A DNA stretch of 64,000 bases from the human T2T-CHM13v2.0 reference genome, Homo sapiens, in the NCBI RefSeq assembly GCF_009914755.1, contig NC_060930.1; one strand, 5' to 3'. A model generated the notes under the pieces. The model was not told the origin of the DNA. It ran no database searches and was given only the letters and a program-made list of their open reading frames with translations. Below, piece after piece: positions 58,328-64,000 of this stretch. Numbering within the stretch: position 1 is the stretch's first letter; the number at the start of each line of letters is the position of its first letter. Position numbers and translations under genes: made by a program.

Positions 58328-60399
58328 GTGGGAGTACTACATTTTGTTTTTCCACTCCAGCAGTTGATGGACACTGGATTGTTTTCACCTTTTGGTTATT
58401 ATAAATAATACTGCTATATAAATTCATGTATAATGATTTCTCCATATCTTTGTCAACGCGTTGTCTGACGTTTTAATTATAACCATCCTAGTGGATATAA
58501 AGTGCTGTCTGATTATAGTTTTGATTTGCATTTTTCCAGTGGTGGTGATTATCTTTTCAGGTGCTCATTGACCATTTGTATATCTTTTTTGGAAGATTGT
58601 TTCACTATTTTTTTGTCTTTTTAAAATTGAATTTTAAGAGTTCTTTGTATATTCTTTATATAAGTCTCTTATTAGATACATGATTTGCAAATATTTTCTC
58701 CCATTTTTGTGGGCTGTCTTTTTTACTTTCTTGATTGTGTCTTTTGCATAAAAGTTTCTAATTTTGATGCAGTTGGTTTATCTGTTTTGTCTTTTGTTGT
58801 TCGTGCTTTTGTATCATATCTAAGACCTCATTGACAAATATGAGATCCTATAGCTTTACCCCAGTTTTCTCTTACACATTCTGGTTGTTGTTACATTTTG
58901 ATCTTCTATTCATTTTGAATTAATTTTCACATATGGTGTGAATTAAGGGTCCAACTTCATTCCTTTTCTTATAGCTGGTTGTCCTAGCACCGTTTGTTAA
59001 AAAGACTGTCCTTTTCCCATTGAATATTTTTGGCACCCCAGTTGAAAATCCATTGACCCTAGACATACGAGTTTATAGCTGGACTCTCTCAGTTCTGTTC
59101 CACTGATCCCGTGTGTCTGTCCTTATGCCATTATCACACTCTTAATTACCTTTGCTTAGTTTTGAAATTGGGAAGGTGAGTCCTCCAGCATTACTCTTTT
59201 CCAGGATTGTTTTGGTTGCCTTTATCTTTAAACGCCTTGTATTCTTGCACTTGGAATAGTGCTTAGCACATAATAGCTTTTTGTAAATATTTATTGCATG
59301 GATGGTTTAAAGTACTCAATGCATGCAGTTTGAATGGTGAATTAATGTCTTTAAATAGAATTTCCTAGCTGTGTCTGTTTTTCAGCATTTTGTAACATAT
59401 CCCAGTCCCTTGTTATTTCTATGTTAATAAAAGTTACTAGTAATGATATATATCTCGGGAGTATAATGCTTTACTAAAGGTCTTGTGTGCACTGAAAAAA
59501 GAATTTTAGAAGCGAAAAAAGAACAACAAAGGCCTTAGTTTAACCAACATTATATTAAATTATAAGGAAATGTTTAGGTTCTATACAGTTAAAATTATTC
59601 TTGGTAGAGGAGGGATACATTTGTATAATTAAATGTAGGTTTTCGGAAATTGAGTGTTTCCTGTCTTAATTAGTATATTAGAATTTTTATTTCGATGATC
59701 CTAGCTAAGTCAAAACAATTTGGTGGCATACTTGTTTCTGTTAATGATATTTCCCCCTCAGTAATAGGGATGAGGGTGATAGAACTACTAACTGTTTTTC
59801 TGACAAGCACGTAAGGAACTGCCAAGAGTGTTATTTATTTGGTCTTCTGGTACCATCTGTAGTTGAGAAGTATGTCACTTTCTATTTATTTGGATATTTT
59901 AAATAGTATTAGGTTTGTAAAAGCCTAAGTTTTAGAGTTTTTATATGCCTAAAAATTAGGTCCACAAAAAATCTTTGTGATCTTTTGTAAGTTATAGAAA
60001 CAGGCCCAAAGAGGTTAAATTTTCACAAAATAAATGGGTTGAATTTGACTATCTGTAAGTGTTTTAGCCTCCAAAATGAGGTGATTTTTGCCTTTTTATG
60101 TAAAGTAAACATAAACATATACATATTTTTGAACAAAATTTCCTTTCTCCTTTGCTTCCTAAAGACACTGCTGTGTGATCCTATTATATAATACTTAGCT
60201 ACATCATGTAATCAGTCACTTTGAAGGTTGAAGGTCAAGTACTGGTTTTCCCAAATGTGTGATGAAGCTGATTGTGCGTTATGTTATTATAACCCTAAAA
60301 ATACACAGAACAGTTTTTTTAGATTAAAAAATATAAATATGCTGGGTTTTAGTGATTACAATAAACTCTTCTTACGCTATTTGGAATAGACTTGAGTAT

Positions 60400-61635
60400 A
60401 GAGTGACTGTTTCAGATATTAGACAGCAGGCTGTACATGATAGTAATCCCTGAGGCAAGGGAAACAAATAAGGCCAGGCTTTTGATTACCCTGGCTTTTG
60501 CCTGGAAACCTATTCCAGACTGTGTTGCGGGGAAGAATACCAGGCAAAGCAGAGTGAACTTGCTGAGTGGAGGAAGCAGATTGGAGTTTGAGGAGGCTGA
60601 GGCAGTTGGAAGTTGAGGTTGGAGTTCTGGAGAGGAAGGAGTGATCTAGAAAAAGAGCTCCAGAAAATTTATATAAGGCCTTCTTGAGTCGTTGATGAGT
60701 AGATTGTGTGGAATAGAAACTCTGCAAATAAGGCAAAGAGCTGTTGAGGAGCTGTGAGCTGTGAAAAGTTTGCAGAGCCCACACAGGGCTGGGAGGCACT
60801 TGAGTACCAGTTGGTTGAAGTGGAAAGTCTTTGTTGCGTTGGACATTTGGGACATTCAGTAAAGACTTGGAAGGATCACAGCTTAGTAGTGAGGTTAGGC
60901 TGTTTCTAGAGGAAAAGCTTCTATGGAATTGACTTTAACCAAGCTTGAAAACAAATCTTAAAAGGATAAAAAGGAATTTGAGATAATTTAATAGCCTACA
61001 AAAAAACCCTCAAAGTTTAATCCTCTTTAAAGGAAGACAGTAAAATCCAGGTAACAACAACAGAAAATGTATAATATCCAACATCTAATCAAAATATGTC
61101 AATAAGCAAGAAAATATGACCTATAACCAGGAGAAAAATTAGTCAATAGTAACAATCCTAGAAGTGTAACAGATGATGGAAGTACCAGGAGTTGCTAAAA
61201 TAGTATGATTATAATTAGGCTCAAGTATTTAAATGAAAACATGAATATTAGAGAAAAAAGATGTAAAAAAGATCCAAATGGAACTTCTGAAAATGAAAAA
61301 TACGTTACGTGAAATGATAGATATGCTGGGTGGGATATCAACAGATTAGACACTGCAGAAAAACATCAGTGAATTTAGGGATATAGCAGTAGAAACTATG
61401 CAAAATGCAATGCAGAGAGAACAAAGACTGGAAAAGTGTACCAGAATACCAGTGACATGTGGAATAGTGTCAGGCGGTTAGCGTGTGTATTGAGTTTTAG
61501 GAGAAAAGAAAGAGGAGAACCGAAAAAATTTTTTTAAGAAGTAGTGGTTGTAAATGTTTCAAATTTGATAAATGCTGTCAACCATAGATTCAAAAAGTTC
61601 AGTGAGTTTAAAGTAGGGTCAACACAGAAGAAACC
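60400..61635 (+). mobile_element. Ancient L1M 5' UTR/ORF1 remnant
   Basis: A-rich ORF1-like segment (ccaaatggaacttctgaaaatgaaaaatac...cagattagacactgcagaa); start resembles 21520-21620. Confidence 0.65.
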
Positions 61636-61825
61636 CTGTCACTGGAAGATCACTGCTTAAATCTCTTGTTCCTCTATAGTTTTTACCTTTGTTGCCTGTC
61701 TTAAAAATAGTTTTGTTCTTGTAGTGGTTTTTTTCCTTCTACTTTTACATCTCTGGTGTTACATTTTGGAAACATTCTTCCTTTCTCTCATTTACCACAG
61801 TTTCTTCCATGTTTGCTTAACATCT

Positions 61826-62124
61826 CTTTCTTTCTATTTTTGAGACGGAGTCTCTCTCGCCCAGGCTGGAGTGCAGTGGCGCGAGCTCAGCTCACTGCAA
61901 CCTCCGCCTCCCAGTTCAAGCAATTCTCCTGCGTCAGTCTCCCGAGTAGCTGGAATTACAGGCGTGTGCTACCACACCCAGCTAATTTTTGTATTTTTCT
62001 AGTAGAGACAGGGTTTCACCATGTTGGCTTGGCCGGTCTTGAACTCCTGACCTCAAGTGATCCACCCGCATTGGCCTTCCTTAGTGTTGGGATTACAGGC
62101 GTGAGCTGTGGACCACGCCCAGCC
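61826..62124 (-). mobile_element. AluS
   Basis: Antisense dimer. Confidence 0.93.
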
Positions 62125-62671
62125 TTTCTTTCAGAAGGCTTTTTTATTGTGTTTAGTCGTAACCTTGATTATGAACCATTTAAGGAGTTTTCTAATTATT
62201 CTTATTAACTGTTACTAGATAAAATGTTAATTTATGTTAACCATTTAAAAAAAATTTTTTTAAACTCAAATTTGTCCGAATAATTAACCATTTTTGTAGG
62301 GTATATGGAGGCCAGTATCACTCCAAACATGAAACAGCAGTGTGTCATAAAAGGTGGAAAATTATTTTATTCACTGCATCTTTTGACACTTATATGATTT
62401 TGTAAAAAAGTCAGTTTTGAATAAATCCTATGTATGTGGGTGGGTAGAGGTGTCTCTGTCCCTGGCTAGTACAACAGGAACTTTGTAGTTTGAGCATTGG
62501 CTTTGAATTAGTTATGCATCTGACACTTATATCCTTTAGGTGTTGAATACATGTCACTGTGAGATATTTCTAAAAGAGAAACTTGCTAAATGTGTGATAA
62601 ATACTAGGTCAATGCTTCTTACCCTTTTTTGTGTCATAAACTGCATTTGAGAACCTAATGAAAACTATGGA

Positions 62672-62745
62672 CTTTTCTTTGTTTGTTTGTTTGTTTGTTT
62701 GTTTGAGACAGAGTCTCGCTCTGTCACCCAGGCTGGACTGCAGTG
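62672..62745 (-). mobile_element. Alu 3'-terminal fragment with (TTTG)n tail
   Basis: gagacagagtctcgctctgtcacccaggctggactgcagtg only. Confidence 0.9.
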
Positions 62746-62789
62746 TCTCCCTGCCCACATGTGTGCACTTTTCTAAGTAAAGAGTCCTG

Positions 62790-63125
<336 letters not shown>

Positions 63126-64000
63126 TTACATTCAAGTTCAGGGAATTCTTAGTTTTCATGGTTGAAATATAAAGTAATAATGGCTTTGATGCCACAGCTA
63201 TTTTTAAAATATTCCCTATGTTTTGTACATGTTGTATTTAATGATACACTGTTAGACATTTCTTTTCTAAAACTATATGTGGTATTTATATTGGGAATAC
63301 ACAGGGCCTTTAAGCCCCACATTTCCAGTAAATTCCACATTGACCTTATGTGTTCAACCACAATTACCAATTACGTTCTCCTTAGTGAGGAAAGCTTTAA
63401 AGTTAAAAATAGGAGGTTTTATTTTTTCTTCTAAAATTTTTTAGACTCATTTAAATTTTTCTCAGTTTACATAGCTTTTAATTAAGAAAGTTATAGTTTT
63501 CATGAGACAAACCTGTGTGTATCTTTGATTACATCTTTGATGTTGGGTCATGTTTTATTACCTCTTAGATAGCAACTTGCCATTTGTAAGGTTTTTATAA
63601 TTCCAAAAGGCATTGTTCCTCTCAAGTGAACAATTCTTTTCCCTCTGTTAGCTACCAACAGGTCACTTGGTCTTGATTGCTGGAGTGTAGACAGAAGCTG
63701 TTGGGGATAAGACATAACGTAGTCTGTTCCTGCTCCTGCCTGCTGCTTCTGGGACTCGGATTCACTCCGCCTGCCCCACCCTGGGTTGTCATGGGCTCCT
63801 TTCACTCTCAGATGAGCCCTGCTCTCTCCTGTCTCAGATCCTCTGCACATGCTGTACCTTCTGTCTTAGCAGCCCCCCACTTTCTGCCTCCTTTTTCTGT
63901 GCAATTTCTTCGGAACTTTTATGTGTCAGTTGAAATGCTCCTTCTTCAGAGAAGCCTTCTTTGTTACCATCTTCCTAGTTCTCCAGGTTAGGTCCTATCT

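Larger units (their letters stand above)
57147..59220 (-). mobile_element. L1MB-type LINE fragment interrupted by MSTB LTR
   Basis: cagctttgttgagatacaattc..., ttgcaaatattttctcccatt..., agttttgaaattggg. Confidence 0.8.

Overview
Primate (almost certainly human) genomic DNA spanning the 5' end of MAP3K4 (MEKK4/MTK1). About 33.7 kb of repeat-rich upstream sequence is followed by a CpG-island promoter (~33.8-35.0 kb) containing coding exon 1 (34418-34569, MREAAAALVPPPAFAVTPAAAMEEP12EPETESEPECCLAAR, phase-2 GT donor), then ~29 kb of intron 1. Exon 2 is not in the window. The rest is mostly interspersed repeats: ~23 Alu copies or fragments, a full-length MST MaLR element, THE1/MST/MLT1/MLT2/LTR33 and MER4/MER66 LTRs, L1, L2, MIR and DNA-transposon fossils, often nested with readable target-site duplications (TSDs). 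No other protein-coding gene, RNA gene or CRISPR array is supported. The most interesting signals are: (1) the translation-initiation layout of exon 1 (two uORFs, one ending across the weak annotated ATG as ATGA, and a perfect-Kozak in-frame Met22); (2) an antisense ORF sharing the Met22 CCATGG palindrome; (3) a duplicated ~76-bp TEAD/ETS-motif module upstream of the promoter; (4) a candidate poison or terminal exon with duplicated AATAAA in intron 1. Repeat subfamily names are by eye and from memory, and repeat boundaries are approximate.
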